From a virus, in IMG/VR virus record IMGVR_UViG_3300032163_000004, positions 1 to 64,000 of that record: 64,000 bases of DNA. One strand, given 5' to 3'. The position numbers were made by a program, and so were the translations under genes. Of the stretch, positions 1 through 11,017 are shown in pieces (the first letter of the stretch is position 1; the number at the start of each line of letters is the position of its first letter). Under the pieces are notes generated by a model that saw only the letters and a program-made list of their open reading frames with translations, was not told the origin of the DNA and did no database searches.

Positions 1-78
1 TTCGCAGCGAACCTTTTAGTCGGATGGACATTCATAGGTTGGGTCATTTGCTTCATATGGGCACTTACAAAGGACTGA
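1..78 (+). CDS. Superinfection immunity protein (T4 Imm-like), 3' fragment
   Basis: Frame 1 reads FAANLLVGWTFIGWVICFIWALTKD*, matching the N-L-x-x-G-W-T-x-I-G-W...W-A signature; too short for the ORF track. Confidence 0.75.
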   Translation, partial: FAANLLVGWTFIGWVICFIWALTKD

Positions 79-332
79 GGGAGGTATTATGCTAAAACGT
101 ATCTGGAAAGTAGTGTCTCGAAACAGTTACATCTGGAACTATTTAAAATGGTTCTGGAACGGAAAACCAACTATAAAGTATTCCGGATACCATTGTGGGT
201 GTTGTGGAGAATACTGGAACATCCCCTTTGAAATTCCCACTTACAAAAGTGCAGGTAAATGGTGGGATACTTGGGATTTATGTCCAGAAGGAAAAGGATG
301 CAATAAACAATAAAAAAGGAGGTATAGGGTAT

Positions 333-857
333 ATGAAAAGAAGTACTCGGATCATAATTGTTATTTTGATAGGATTAGTAGCATCCTACACTATAATAAG
401 GTGTACTGAAACAGAACCAGCTCAAATTCCAACTGAATTATTTAAATGCGATCTTAAACAAATGCGAGTTGGAGATATCGGATACTGTGGGGCAACTGCA
501 ATGATTGTTGACGTTGAGGGTAGAGCTTATCTTTGGGGATTTACAGACCTAGAAAAAGGTATGAGCCTAAACGATGGTTGGTTAAGAATAGAGAGAAAAA
601 CTGATGGTTATTATGTCTCTCTTAAACTGGGTAAACAAAAATGGGCCAATGGTAAAACTTACTATTGGAAACCCTATACAGCCAAAGTAAATTCTCAACC
701 AGAAGAAATAGTCGATTTAAAAAAGATGGTTAAATCAGGGTCTATATTTCCAGTCAAAAAGGTTTTACTATATCGAGATAGATTATTTTATGGGTGGTTT
801 AGGAAAGATCAAGTTGATGAATATGAAGAACTTCCAAAGGAGGTATTACAAAAATGA
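333..857 (+). CDS. Hypothetical protein with N-terminal membrane anchor
   Basis: SD aaggagg precedes ATG 333; MKRSTRIIIVILIGLVASY is hydrophobic. Confidence 0.6.
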   Translation: MKRSTRIIIVILIGLVASYTIIRCTETEPAQIPTELFKCDLKQMRVGDIGYCGATAMIVDVEGRAYLWGFTDLEKGMSLNDGWLRIERKTDGYYVSLKLGKQKWANGKTYYWKPYTAKVNSQPEEIVDLKKMVKSGSIFPVKKVLLYRDRLFYGWFRKDQVDEYEELPKEVLQK

Positions 858-1085
858 AAGAACACGATGATCTAGATTGTGCAATTGGCATCAAAAACGG
901 TTTGTTGCTAGTCTTAACTTTGGCAGTAGGGATATTCTTGTTTGTGGCGTTTGTAACTAACTAAAACAAAATAAGATAAGGGATAAAGTAACCAGTAGTT
1001 AAATAGAATAGAGAGGAGACGAAGAACTAATTTACTGACTGGAGCTCCCTATCCCTTATCTTGTTTTAGAAAGAGGTGAAATCAA

Positions 1086-1397
1086 ATGAGACTTAATTTT
1101 ATTATCGGATATTTAATCTTTATGCTTAACCTATTCGATGGTATAGTTACTTACTTCGCGATTAATATGACAGACATTTCAATTGAATTTAATCCGCTAT
1201 TACAACATGTATATCCATCAATAGGTAACTGGTTTCTTCTACCAAAAATTGCAATTGCACTACTTGGAGGTATTCTAGTGGGTTACTACTGGAAGAAGTC
1301 TAAAATAGTTCGAATTAGTTCAATCGTTCTGGTAACTATTTATGGTTTTACAGTTGTTTATCACAGTTTGTCCTTTAAACTTATAGAGGGGTTCTAG
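1086..1397 (+). CDS. DUF5658-like small membrane protein
   Basis: LNLFDGIVTY...EFNPL motif with hydrophobic helices. Confidence 0.6.
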   Translation: MRLNFIIGYLIFMLNLFDGIVTYFAINMTDISIEFNPLLQHVYPSIGNWFLLPKIAIALLGGILVGYYWKKSKIVRISSIVLVTIYGFTVVYHSLSFKLIEGF

Positions 1398-3334
1398 TTA
1401 AAGAAAAAGGAAGTACAACGATGTAAAGGAGGAAATAAATGTACTACCACAAATGTGGAGAAAGGTTAGAAGAACTTGAAAAAGAGTGGAGAGAAGATTT
1501 TAAGTGCCCTGGATGTGGGGAGATTGTAAAACCTTACCACGTTTGGGATTCAAGTACAGTAAAATACGATTTAGGGGATGGGGTCGAATTCGCTAACTAA
1601 AGAGAGTAGTTGGAGTCTACTGGCTGATGTCAACTGATAATGGTTGATTCAAGGCGTAAGGGACGAACCTAAGCAATATGTCCTACTACTCTCTTTTTTT
1701 AATAGGAGGTTAAAATGTCTGGGCCAGAACAACCGATAACAGAAAAGCAATTCCTTAAACTCTTCAAACAACACCTTAAAATAGTTAAGAAAACTAAACT
1801 TCTTACTAAAAAAGAAATTGATAAAAATATTTTTTATGGTCTTTGTCCTTTTCGAAATATAATGTCTTTTAAAGATAGTTTAGCACAAGGTAAATTAAGA
1901 ACTCAAAGTTTTAGTGATGCAACAATGTACTATATGACTCATAAAAAAACAGGTTGGTTTTTGAGGCAAGAAATGCGAACAATTCTTGAAGAAATGAAAT
2001 GGAGATAAGGAGGTTAAAAGATGGCAACCAACGTACAAGAAGTTAAAGAAATGTCAGAAGCAGAAGTAATTTTTACAGTAGATAGATTTACAGAAGAATA
2101 TTTAATTTCAGAAGGTTGGTCTAGATGGGCAATAAAAAACTTACATAAAAGATACGATGAAATAATAGAAAAGGAAGGAGAAAAAGATGACTAAAGAAAG
2201 AATGTTCCCTATTTTATTATCCTCAGAAGAAAAGAGAAAATTTCCAGATTGCCCTAAAGAAATTCCATGGAACTTAATTGCTCCTCATGAAGACCAAGCA
2301 AGGAAAAATCATTTTCAGTCTTTAGAAGAATTAGCTAAAAGAGGAGGCTTAAGTCCAGAAGAACTTTGGTGTGTATTTAAAGACCATGATTATGTTTCTG
2401 GAATAAAAACAGAAGATGCTATTATGTGGTTGCATGGATTCATGGGAATACTCCCTTAATTACCATTTAATGATACGACCAGTAAAAAGAAAGGAGAATA
2501 ATTATGATCGTTTATAAAGTTCTACATGAAAAACAAAATGGAAATTTAGAATCTGCTATAGTGTCTAAACCTTTTTGTTTAAAATATGGAGTTAACCAAA
2601 TAATAAAGAGTAAAAAAGGATATGGTGGTATTTTATGCTTTGAAGATTCCGTTGCTGCCCAAATTTTTTATAACCAAATGTATTCACCACAACATGAACT
2701 TTTCATATTTGAATGTTTAGTTAACAAGAAAAACAGAACACCGTTACCTATTAAAACCAGCGTTAAAATGTGGAATGGTAAAGATTCTTATGGTAATGGA
2801 TACTGGCCTGAAAGAACAATTTGTTTTAAACAAATTAAAGTTATTAAAAAGCATATCTAAGAAAAGGAGGCGAAAACTAATGGGAGAAGAAGAACACGAT
2901 GCAATGTTTATTCACTCTAGATGTTGTATGGCTCACTGGGAGCTAACTTATCATGATGGAAAATATGAACTTAGGTGTGAAAAATGTGGTAAACCAGCTC
3001 CTACTATTGTAGTTAATGGACCACCTCTTGAAGAAGAATGTGCTATTTGTAAAGAAAAAAAGAAGAAGGGTCTACTAAGCTAAGGAGGACATAATTATGT
3101 TTAACTGGTTAAAACATTACTTAAAACGTAGGGTAAAAGATCCATTTACTGTTGCATGTGATCAATCTCCTTTCTGGACTCCCCTTAATGAGAGAGAATC
3201 CTTAATACGCGTAAATGGTCTTTGGAGAGCAAGGCGTGAAGCTAGAAAATGGGTACGTCGTTATTTAAGAGGACAAGCTAGAATTTTAAAAGGTTGGCAC
3301 TATTGGCCAGAAGAAAAACAAGGAGGTCACTAAA

Positions 3335-3916
3335 ATGAAATGCGTAGTCCAAGAATGGCTGTTATGTTTACCAATGATGCAACAAACTGTTGCACTTGAA
3401 ATGATTCGAGGTTGCGATGGAGCAGGAAAGAATGATCCAACTAAATCAATAATTAGAGAACTACGAAAAGTTTTACTATATAATGCTGGAGGAAATGGAA
3501 GTTCTTTCATGGATAATCCATCTCTTGAGAAAGACATTAAGTCTTTTTTTGAAGACTGTGATTCTTATCCGCTCCATTTTGCTATGCACCTTGTTCATAC
3601 CGCAGAAATAATTGGGTATAAACATCCTAATCCAGAAGTAGCTCGATTTTGGAGAGATTTCTATTTTGACTTTTGTCACACTGTTCACTTTAATCCTGAA
3701 TCAGAAGAACAGTTAGATGAGAGACTTTGTGATGGTAGAGATGAAACTAAGCATGGGAGCAAATACAGGTTGATCACTGAATGGAAAGCTCATGGAGAAA
3801 AGGTCTATACCCAAACTGAAGTAGATAAAATAGTAACTAAAAGATTAGTTGAGAAAGAAAGAGAGGTTGTACAAAGAGAACATCAGGCTTACTGGAGTGG
3901 TAGAGGTGGAAGTTAA
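3335..3916 (+). CDS. Phage hypothetical protein
   Basis: 193-aa ORF with SD; His-rich motifs PLHFAMHL/IGYKHP. Confidence 0.5.
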   Translation: MKCVVQEWLLCLPMMQQTVALEMIRGCDGAGKNDPTKSIIRELRKVLLYNAGGNGSSFMDNPSLEKDIKSFFEDCDSYPLHFAMHLVHTAEIIGYKHPNPEVARFWRDFYFDFCHTVHFNPESEEQLDERLCDGRDETKHGSKYRLITEWKAHGEKVYTQTEVDKIVTKRLVEKEREVVQREHQAYWSGRGGS

Positions 3917-3940
3917 TAAGATAAATTAGAAGAGGGGTGA

Positions 3941-4214
3941 ATGCCAATGGATAAAATTTATATCAACGGGATAGAAATTAATGTACTAACTAAACAAGAA
4001 CTTGAAGGGGAAGCTGCTGATCAAACTATAATGGTATTATGTATTCGAGTTGATGATAAATTACCATTCCTTCTTACTTCACAAAAAGATATTTGTAATA
4101 CTTGTGGAAATGAAGTATGGATTTCTCCAGCTACTAAAAATGAGTAGACCTGAAAATTCAGTAATAATATGTGTAGACTGTCTCAAAGAAAAACTTAAGG
4201 AGGTAAAATCATGA
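3941..4214 (+). pseudogene. Zn-ribbon protein split by a +1 frameshift (or a sequence error)
   Basis: CNTC lies in the first frame and CVDC in the +1 frame after the A5 run at 4136-4140; the +1 frame ends in an ATGA overlap with the next gene. Confidence 0.55.
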
Positions 4215-4759
4215 ATCTTGAGATCACTAAACAAGGAGCTATAATTCATATTACAGAACAGACTCTCAGAGAACTATACGATAATATGATTAAATTTAAA
4301 GAAGAGAAATCAGATTATGAAGCTGTTGGGATAATAAAAAGTGAATATTCGCCATTTAGTTTCGTAATTCACATTGAGACTCAACCTCGTACTCAAGAAT
4401 CTTTGGGATTTAGAATTGATAAAAATCAAATAGTAGTAAATAAAGACGAAGAAGAGGAAGAAGGACCTGAAGAAGAAAAGTTAAAGGAATTAGAAGAAAA
4501 ATTCAACACTCTGAAAAATGAAGTGAAACAGCTACAAACAAACGACAATCTATTACTAGAAATAGATAGAGTTTTCAAAGAAGCCTTATATAAAATCTCA
4601 GCAGAAATTAAAGAATCAATCAAGAACGAATTACAAATAAGCACTAACATGATAGAGATAAGTAAAATACTTGAACAGATATTAGATAGAGAAAAAGAGT
4701 TAAGACAAATAGTCGATAAATTATCTCAACAAAGTAATAAAGCAATAGCACAAGCATAA
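4211..4759 (+). CDS. Coiled-coil hypothetical protein
   Basis: Acidic linker and heptad-rich C-terminus; last gene of the island. Confidence 0.55.
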   Translation: MNLEITKQGAIIHITEQTLRELYDNMIKFKEEKSDYEAVGIIKSEYSPFSFVIHIETQPRTQESLGFRIDKNQIVVNKDEEEEEGPEEEKLKELEEKFNTLKNEVKQLQTNDNLLLEIDRVFKEALYKISAEIKESIKNELQISTNMIEISKILEQILDREKELRQIVDKLSQQSNKAIAQA

Positions 4760-4761
4760 AG

Positions 4762-4803
4762 AAAAGAACTAGTATAAGTTTTGTTTATACTAGTTTTTTT
4801 TGT
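4762..4803 (+). terminator. Intrinsic terminator ending a + island
   Basis: aactagtataa/ttatactagtt stem followed by T-tract. Confidence 0.75.
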
Positions 4804-4818
4804 TTGAATCACTTATTC

Positions 4819-5538
4819 TTAAACGAATATGGAGTTTATATCTTCTTTTAGTTGTTCTTTAGTTGGAACTTGATCTCTATATCTTAAAATTTTCCAACTT
4901 CTATTTCTTAAATCTTCATCCCTTTGTTTATCGTATTCTTCTTTGCCTTGGTGCCAATGATTTCCATCATACTCTATATCTATTTTTAAACTTGGAATTA
5001 CTACATCTAAAACATACCATTTTCTTCTAAATATCTTTACTACATAATTCATTATACATTCAGGATATAATTCTTTAACATTATTAAATGTTTTAATTTG
5101 AGGCCAAGATGTTTTTCTAACAAAAGAACTAGCGTGAGCTCCTCCACCATTTAACATCCTGATTCTACATCGTTCTTTAATTTCTAGCCTATTGTTAACT
5201 TCTTTCCCAGCTTTACGCCATTTTTCTATATTTTTCGATATAGAATCTTTATGTCTTTGTTTTACATCTGGTTTAACCATAGCTTTCTTAACTGACTCTG
5301 ATAACTTTAACCTTCTTTTTAGACTACTAGCCGCATCTTGGTATTTCTGTCTTGTTCTTGGATTATTCCATTTTTCTTTAAGACCTTTAGACCTCTTCTC
5401 TTTTACTTCCAATTTATTTTGACTTTCAGAATTTCTCTTTCTCATATTACTACAACAATTTTGACTTTTCGAGCAACACCACTTCCCATTCTTTAGTTGA
5501 TATTTTGCTTCTTGCTCACAACCATATTCACAAATCAT
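4819..5538 (-). CDS. Free-standing DUF559/Vsr-like (PD-(D/E)XK) homing endonuclease
   Basis: C-terminal LDVVIPSLKIDIEYDGNHWHQ...RD...WKILRY; basic helical repeats upstream; paralog at 17892-18647. Confidence 0.75.
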   Translation of the reverse strand: MICEYGCEQEAKYQLKNGKWCCSKSQNCCSNMRKRNSESQNKLEVKEKRSKGLKEKWNNPRTRQKYQDAASSLKRRLKLSESVKKAMVKPDVKQRHKDSISKNIEKWRKAGKEVNNRLEIKERCRIRMLNGGGAHASSFVRKTSWPQIKTFNNVKELYPECIMNYVVKIFRRKWYVLDVVIPSLKIDIEYDGNHWHQGKEEYDKQRDEDLRNRSWKILRYRDQVPTKEQLKEDINSIFV

Positions 5539-6527
5539 TACTTCTCTCCTTCATTAAAGGAATAAGGAGTAAGTCCTACTATTTTAGAATCGTTCTCTTC
5601 ATCCCACTTTTGGATTTGTTTTTTTATATCAACTTCTACTTCAAAACTCCATTTGTTTAATAAAGTATTTGTAACTTCAAAGTCCTCTGGATTTCCTGTC
5701 CCAACAGAGATAAAATTCAATGAAGAAACAGGAAGAATACAAAATGGTGTAGCAGTTGCGAAAGCTTCTTTTGCTTCATATACATCATATGGAGTAATAT
5801 TCTTTTCAATCCATTCGATTCCAAGATCATCACAAAGTTCAAATACATATTGTCTACTAATTCCCCTTAAAATATTCCTTCCCTCTGGTGTTATAACTGT
5901 ATCTCTTTTATCTACTATAAAAAAATTGTCACCTGTAAACTCAGCTATATATCCATCAGGGTCTAATAATAAAGACCAATTGTTACTTCCCTTATATCTC
6001 GAAACTTCTAAGTTAGCTCTAACAAAATGTATCCTATTCCTGTTCTTAATTCTTTGGTCTAAAAGGGAAAATGGAATTGTTCTATTAGAAGAAATACAAG
6101 CGTTTATTCCAGTATCAAACAATTTTCCCATCCCTTTCGTCGTTACTCTTAAAGGAAAATCTGCTATAATAGTATTTGACCCAATAGGAACATCTGCAAA
6201 ACCTTGGTATAACCCTAAGAGTCCTCTAGAACTTTCTATTAAAATACGATGTTCGTCGTCATTACTAAGATTTTTTTCATTTTCTTTCATTGCTTCAATA
6301 ACAGCAGATTCTAACTGTTTTTTACTATAAGGGATTTTGATTTCTAAAATTTTTAAACCCACAAGAAATCGATCTAAGTGTTCTTCAAGCTTAAAAATTT
6401 TCTTGTTAAATGATCTAAGCATATCGAAGCAAAGATCCCCAAACATACACGCAGAATCATAAATGGAAATTCTAGCTTCTGACTCTGGAATAAACTGGTT
6501 ATTCCACCACACTACACGCTGATTCAT
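5538..6527 (-). CDS. Class IV PLP aminotransferase (IlvE/PabC/D-AAT family)
   Basis: ISIYDSACMFGD, FKLEEHLDRF, GYIAEFTGDNFF, ILRGISR, EAFATAT motifs. Confidence 0.9.
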   Translation of the reverse strand: MNQRVVWWNNQFIPESEARISIYDSACMFGDLCFDMLRSFNKKIFKLEEHLDRFLVGLKILEIKIPYSKKQLESAVIEAMKENEKNLSNDDEHRILIESSRGLLGLYQGFADVPIGSNTIIADFPLRVTTKGMGKLFDTGINACISSNRTIPFSLLDQRIKNRNRIHFVRANLEVSRYKGSNNWSLLLDPDGYIAEFTGDNFFIVDKRDTVITPEGRNILRGISRQYVFELCDDLGIEWIEKNITPYDVYEAKEAFATATPFCILPVSSLNFISVGTGNPEDFEVTNTLLNKWSFEVEVDIKKQIQKWDEENDSKIVGLTPYSFNEGEK

Positions 6528-7317
6528 TTTCCTCTCCACCTTTCTTCTTCTTCAACAAAAATGGAACATCTGATTGAGCACTAAAATTAGTTAAATCAAA
6601 ATTTGAGAATAACTTCTTCAAAGATATATTATTAAATATGGTAAAATGAGCGACTTCAAAAGGGTACAAACTAAAATCTGGATTATTCATGAAAGGTACT
6701 AAACCATCAGGAGCTATTGGTGTTTCAACTAACAACACTCCATCACTTTTTAAAACTTTTCTAATTTTTTCAACACAAAAAACTGGATCAACCAAATGTT
6801 CAATAACTTCTATAGCTATAACATAATCAAAAGACTGTTCTTCAAAATCTAGTTTTTCAAAAAAGTCAATATAAAGTTTAATTCCATTTTCTAAAAATAC
6901 ATTTCTAAAATCTTTTGAAACTTCAATTGTTTCAATATCAAAACCTTTTTCTTTAAGATACAAACTTACTCTTCCTGCTCCAGCTCCAATTTCTAAAACT
7001 CTTCCTTTAGAGAGTGTATCTATTATATCTATAACTTGTTTTCTAAACTTAGAAGTTTTTCTCTTTGAATCAAACTCAAACTTATTCTTACAATTTATAT
7101 CAGTAATCTTAAATGTTTTTCTATCAGTTGAAAAATAGACGTCTTTATAATACTTCTTAGATTCATCTAAAGTAAAGTAGAATTGTTGATAGAATATCTG
7201 ACAAACACTACATTGAACCATTTTAAATTTGCTTCCATATTTTCCAGATTCACAAATCACTTTGTTATTTTTTGTGTCTCTCCCACACAATGGGCACTTC
7301 TCAGAGTATATTGGCAT
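6499..7317 (-). CDS. Class I SAM-dependent methyltransferase with N-terminal Zn ribbon
   Basis: CPLC/CSVC, VLEIGAGAG, FDYVIAIEVIEHLVDP. Confidence 0.85.
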   Translation of the reverse strand: MPIYSEKCPLCGRDTKNNKVICESGKYGSKFKMVQCSVCQIFYQQFYFTLDESKKYYKDVYFSTDRKTFKITDINCKNKFEFDSKRKTSKFRKQVIDIIDTLSKGRVLEIGAGAGRVSLYLKEKGFDIETIEVSKDFRNVFLENGIKLYIDFFEKLDFEEQSFDYVIAIEVIEHLVDPVFCVEKIRKVLKSDGVLLVETPIAPDGLVPFMNNPDFSLYPFEVAHFTIFNNISLKKLFSNFDLTNFSAQSDVPFLLKKKKGGEENESACSVVE

Positions 7318-7352
7318 TTCTACTTCTTCCTTAAATTTTCTTTATAATTTCC

Positions 7353-8168
7353 TCACTGTATCACCATAAGATCTTCAAAATTCTTTACATCCTGTATTTT
7401 CTTTTCTTCCATTTTCGAAACTGTAATTCCCTTCTTGGGTCTTTTCACAACTTTCGCATATACTATATTCGAATAATAATGAAATGGGTATATTTTATTA
7501 AGACGATAATGAGGTTTACAGTACGGTGTTTTTATATTTTCTTTTTTTTCTACTAGTGTAACAATTGGACTTGTACCACCAAAAGAAAGATTTTTCGTCA
7601 TATATAAAGTATTATCTTCCTTTGTGGCAATGGTTATTCTAAATTCAAAATCAATACAACCTATTGAATCGTCAAAATAGTTTTGGACAACTTGAACAAA
7701 ATTTGATGATAAGTAATCATCTATATCATATCGTGTACAAGCAATCATTCTATCTTTTCTTTCCAATTTTGATCTAAACTGTTCTACCCAGTTACCACCA
7801 CATGAATTTCTTTCAGAATAGAATTCTGTTGATTTCCACTCATCAAAAATTATATCGGAGCTAGAAAATTTTGACAAAGAAATCAACTGCTCTTTTATTT
7901 CTTCTGGTGTTCCTTTATCGACTAACCAAATCCATTTAAAATTCTTATTTGTTTGATACATTATTGAGGGAATCGAAAATTGTTTTAAGCACTTGATTTC
8001 TTCCATCATAAATGAATTTTTATCTTCCATTGACTTGAGAGGAAGAGGAATCTTTTTCAAACTCTTCACATAATCCGTCATAGGTTTTACTACTTCTACT
8101 GACGAATATACACCTAAATTTATCCTTGTAATAATATAATGATCAATATCCATCCATTTCAACTCCAC
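7353..8168 (-). CDS. Putative GT-A glycosyltransferase (rhamnosyltransferase-like)
   Basis: HYIITRIN, SIMYQTNKNFKWIWLVD, TRYDIDD (DxD). Confidence 0.7.
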   Translation of the reverse strand: MELKWMDIDHYIITRINLGVYSSVEVVKPMTDYVKSLKKIPLPLKSMEDKNSFMMEEIKCLKQFSIPSIMYQTNKNFKWIWLVDKGTPEEIKEQLISLSKFSSSDIIFDEWKSTEFYSERNSCGGNWVEQFRSKLERKDRMIACTRYDIDDYLSSNFVQVVQNYFDDSIGCIDFEFRITIATKEDNTLYMTKNLSFGGTSPIVTLVEKKENIKTPYCKPHYRLNKIYPFHYYSNIVYAKVVKRPKKGITVSKMEEKKIQDVKNFEDLMVIQ

Positions 8169-8701
8169 GATAATTGTTTTTTAGATTTTCTTATTAAAGT
8201 TAAACCAGCGTATGGACCTGGAATAGTAAAAACCTCAAAGTTTTTATATTTTGGGTTTGTCCTAATCTCCCATACAGCTTCATGGGCATTTGAACACATT
8301 TTTTTACTAAGTAATTCTGGAAACATCGGATGGGTATCATGCATAGCTATGATACCTGTTCCTTCTCTAACGAAAATAGAGAAGTTATTAAAATCTTTTA
8401 AGACTTGATCTTTATCATGATCAGCATCAATGAACAGAAAGTCTATAGGGTCTTTCCATAATAAAGCTAAATCATCAGTTTTCATTGTATAAATTTCAAC
8501 ATTATCTCGTAGAACTGCACCACATTTTTTAATATCTACTGCAATAGCCCATTTAACTAAGGGTGCTATTTGATTAAATGTAAATCCTCTTCTGACACCA
8601 AGTTCCATATATGTATGGATCTCAAGTAATCTAATAAGTTCTTTAAATAGACAAACATATTCCATTCTTATCCATTTTCGTCGGGTTTCTTCAAAACTCA
8701 T
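8159..8701 (-). CDS. Methyltransf_24-type SAM methyltransferase
   Basis: YMELGVRRG, IDFLFIDADH, GIIAMHDT. Confidence 0.85.
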   Translation of the reverse strand: MSFEETRRKWIRMEYVCLFKELIRLLEIHTYMELGVRRGFTFNQIAPLVKWAIAVDIKKCGAVLRDNVEIYTMKTDDLALLWKDPIDFLFIDADHDKDQVLKDFNNFSIFVREGTGIIAMHDTHPMFPELLSKKMCSNAHEAVWEIRTNPKYKNFEVFTIPGPYAGLTLIRKSKKQLSWS

Positions 8702-8757
8702 TTACCTCTCTCCAAAGAATTAACTCTCCATATCTATTGTTTTGTTTCATTTTAAAC

Positions 8758-9582
8758 TTATTTTCTTCTTAATTTTTTCTTTACAATTTCCTCACTAGGG
8801 AACACTATCCATCTTCCATCACCACCTGCTATTTCAAAACCTCTAACATAATCAACTATCTTATAAACACCCGGAGGTTCAATACTAGCAGCCTGATCAG
8901 TTCCATAAGAAGCTCTATTAAGAGTGATATGAAATTCTAACATTTCAGCTCCTAATGCAGCTGCTACACAACAAAAGTAAATCCCAGGATGATGGTTCGA
9001 AAAACCAATTCTATATTTTGGATATTCTTCCTTTAAAGTCTTTATAAAATTAAGATTCACTTCTTCATCACTAGTTGGGTAAGTTGATGTACAAGCAAGT
9101 ATATATTCAACTTGATCTCCAAGAAATTTTAAACAATTATCAACTTCTTTTTTCGTTGACATTCCAGTCGATACTATTGCAGGAATACAAGTTTCTTTAA
9201 CTGCGTACAAAATTTCAAAATCATTTATAGTTGGAGACGCCACTTTTATATAGGGTATATTATAAGAAGCTAAAAACTTTATAGAAACTGGATCCCAGCC
9301 AGACGAAAACCAAGGAATATTTTTTTGTTTACAGTATTCATTAATTATATCATACTGTTCTTTCCCAAACTCTAGACCATATTTCTGTTCTCTAGTTATA
9401 GTTCCCCAAGGAGACTCTCTATATTTATTAAGTTCTTCTTCCGTATAGACAAGATCTACAGTCCTTTTTTGAAATTTAACAAAATCACATCCAGTTAAAG
9501 CTGCTACATCTATTAATTTTTTTGCAATATTAATATCCCCATTATGATTAATTCCTAGTTCACAGACCAGTTTAGTTTTCAT
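8758..9582 (-). CDS. neuB: N-acetylneuraminate/nonulosonate synthase family (NeuB/PseI/SpsE)
   Basis: ELGINHNGD, VKFQKR, IKVAS, STGMS, CTSTYP, GFSNH, EFHITL. Confidence 0.92.
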   Translation of the reverse strand: MKTKLVCELGINHNGDINIAKKLIDVAALTGCDFVKFQKRTVDLVYTEEELNKYRESPWGTITREQKYGLEFGKEQYDIINEYCKQKNIPWFSSGWDPVSIKFLASYNIPYIKVASPTINDFEILYAVKETCIPAIVSTGMSTKKEVDNCLKFLGDQVEYILACTSTYPTSDEEVNLNFIKTLKEEYPKYRIGFSNHHPGIYFCCVAAALGAEMLEFHITLNRASYGTDQAASIEPPGVYKIVDYVRGFEIAGGDGRWIVFPSEEIVKKKLRRK

Positions 9583-9648
9583 ATGTCCTCCAAATTTTTA
9601 GCAAAATCTATATTTCGGAGAACACATCAAACTTCTTTCTTCTTAAAT

Positions 9649-10221
9649 TTATTTTATAACATTAACATATAAAGCATAGTGTTTATACTTTTCGTGATCT
9701 CTATCCATGAATATTTCTATACAGTTGTGAAATGATGATCTTTGGGTTTCAGAAAATTTAGCTTTCTTTAAAAAATATGATAACAACTCAAAATCAAAAG
9801 CCATTTTATGTCCATTTGCACTTTTGCTTATATCTGGAGAATAGAACCAACTTATTAATCTTCCAGCTTTAAATTTAGTTAAAATTTCATCTGCCTGGTA
9901 TGGACATCCTTTTGTAAAAAGTTTTTCGGGTTGATTCAAATAAAACTTAACACCAACATTTATGTCAGGAACTACAACTCTAAACATTCCTCCAGGTTTT
10001 AGCGTTCTATAGATTTCAGATAAAACGAATTCAAGGTGTACTCTATCTAAGTGCTCAAGAATCATAGAAGAATAATAGTTATCTACAGAATTATCTTTCA
10101 ATTCAAATGGTTTCATACTATTCAAATCATAAACAAATTCTGAAGATTTACGACTATCCATAACTTTCCATAATTCATTCATAATTCTATTTTTCGCTCC
10201 CCCAACATCTATATTCAGCAA
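9649..10221 (-). CDS. SAM methyltransferase (type 11-like)
   Basis: LNIDVGG, ILEHL, EIYRTLKPGGMFRVVVPD; TTG start chosen from SD position. Confidence 0.75.
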   Translation of the reverse strand: MLNIDVGGAKNRIMNELWKVMDSRKSSEFVYDLNSMKPFELKDNSVDNYYSSMILEHLDRVHLEFVLSEIYRTLKPGGMFRVVVPDINVGVKFYLNQPEKLFTKGCPYQADEILTKFKAGRLISWFYSPDISKSANGHKMAFDFELLSYFLKKAKFSETQRSSFHNCIEIFMDRDHEKYKHYALYVNVIK

Positions 10222-10222
10222 T

Positions 10223-11017
10223 TTATTTTTCCTCCAAAGTATTTTTTCTAAGATAATCACCGCTCCAGTGAGAAATATCAGAATTACAATATTCAATACT
10301 CATATAGTATTTCTGATCTTCTGTTAAATTTTTATAATCTAAATACCAATCTAGATGCCTTGCATCATATGGTTCCCCTATCCTAAAAGAAAGTCTCTTC
10401 TTAAAAAATGTGGAATATCTTCTATACATAGCGAAAGGAGTTACATTTGCTTCTCTATATTTTATGATAAACTTATCAAACTTTATTTCTTCTCCAAATT
10501 CATTAATTCGTTTACCTCTGTATTTTTTAAAAACAAGTTCTTTTAGAGGATAATGATCAGGTATATCATCCATTTTTGGCATTGGACCAACTTTATAAAG
10601 TTCACTTTCATGAAACATATCTAAAAGAGAAGCATAAAACACTAGAACATTTTTTCGAGTTTTTTCATAAAAAGCCATATCTGGATCAGTAACACAATAA
10701 AATCGACTATCATTCCCTGTTTCTAAAAAGTACCTAGATATAGATTGATTTACTAAAGCATACATATCCTGTTTAAATTTAAACTTCTTATGTTTAAATC
10801 TATAAACTCTAATTCCTTTATCTTCAAGTTGTTTCAAGTATTCTAAAGTGTCTGGAAATGATGTACCTGTATCATGAATAACTATTTCAAAAGGAGTTGC
10901 AATATATTCATAATACGATTTAATCGCTTGTTTCAAAACAGTTAACTTATTAAATGAAATAATAAAAATTGGAATTCTACTTCTAGAGAGGTTTGTTTTT
11001 TGTTTGACCGTAATCAT
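10223..11017 (-). CDS. GT2-like glycosyltransferase
   Basis: IPIFIISFN, IVIHDTGT, YCVTDPD, ARHLDWY. Confidence 0.75.
   Translation of the reverse strand: MITVKQKTNLSRSRIPIFIISFNKLTVLKQAIKSYYEYIATPFEIVIHDTGTSFPDTLEYLKQLEDKGIRVYRFKHKKFKFKQDMYALVNQSISRYFLETGNDSRFYCVTDPDMAFYEKTRKNVLVFYASLLDMFHESELYKVGPMPKMDDIPDHYPLKELVFKKYRGKRINEFGEEIKFDKFIIKYREANVTPFAMYRRYSTFFKKRLSFRIGEPYDARHLDWYLDYKNLTEDQKYYMSIEYCNSDISHWSGDYLRKNTLEEK

Noticed and set aside
1620-1675. Hammerhead ribozyme (CTGATG...GACGAA)
   Set aside because: The core lacks CUGANGA and GAAA and the required three helices.
5192-6330. Antisense shadow ORFs (e.g. 5192, 5653, 13339, 14599, 21468, 36748, 56579)
   Set aside because: They lie opposite well-supported genes, lack SD sites and have Ser/Phe/Ile-biased mirror composition.
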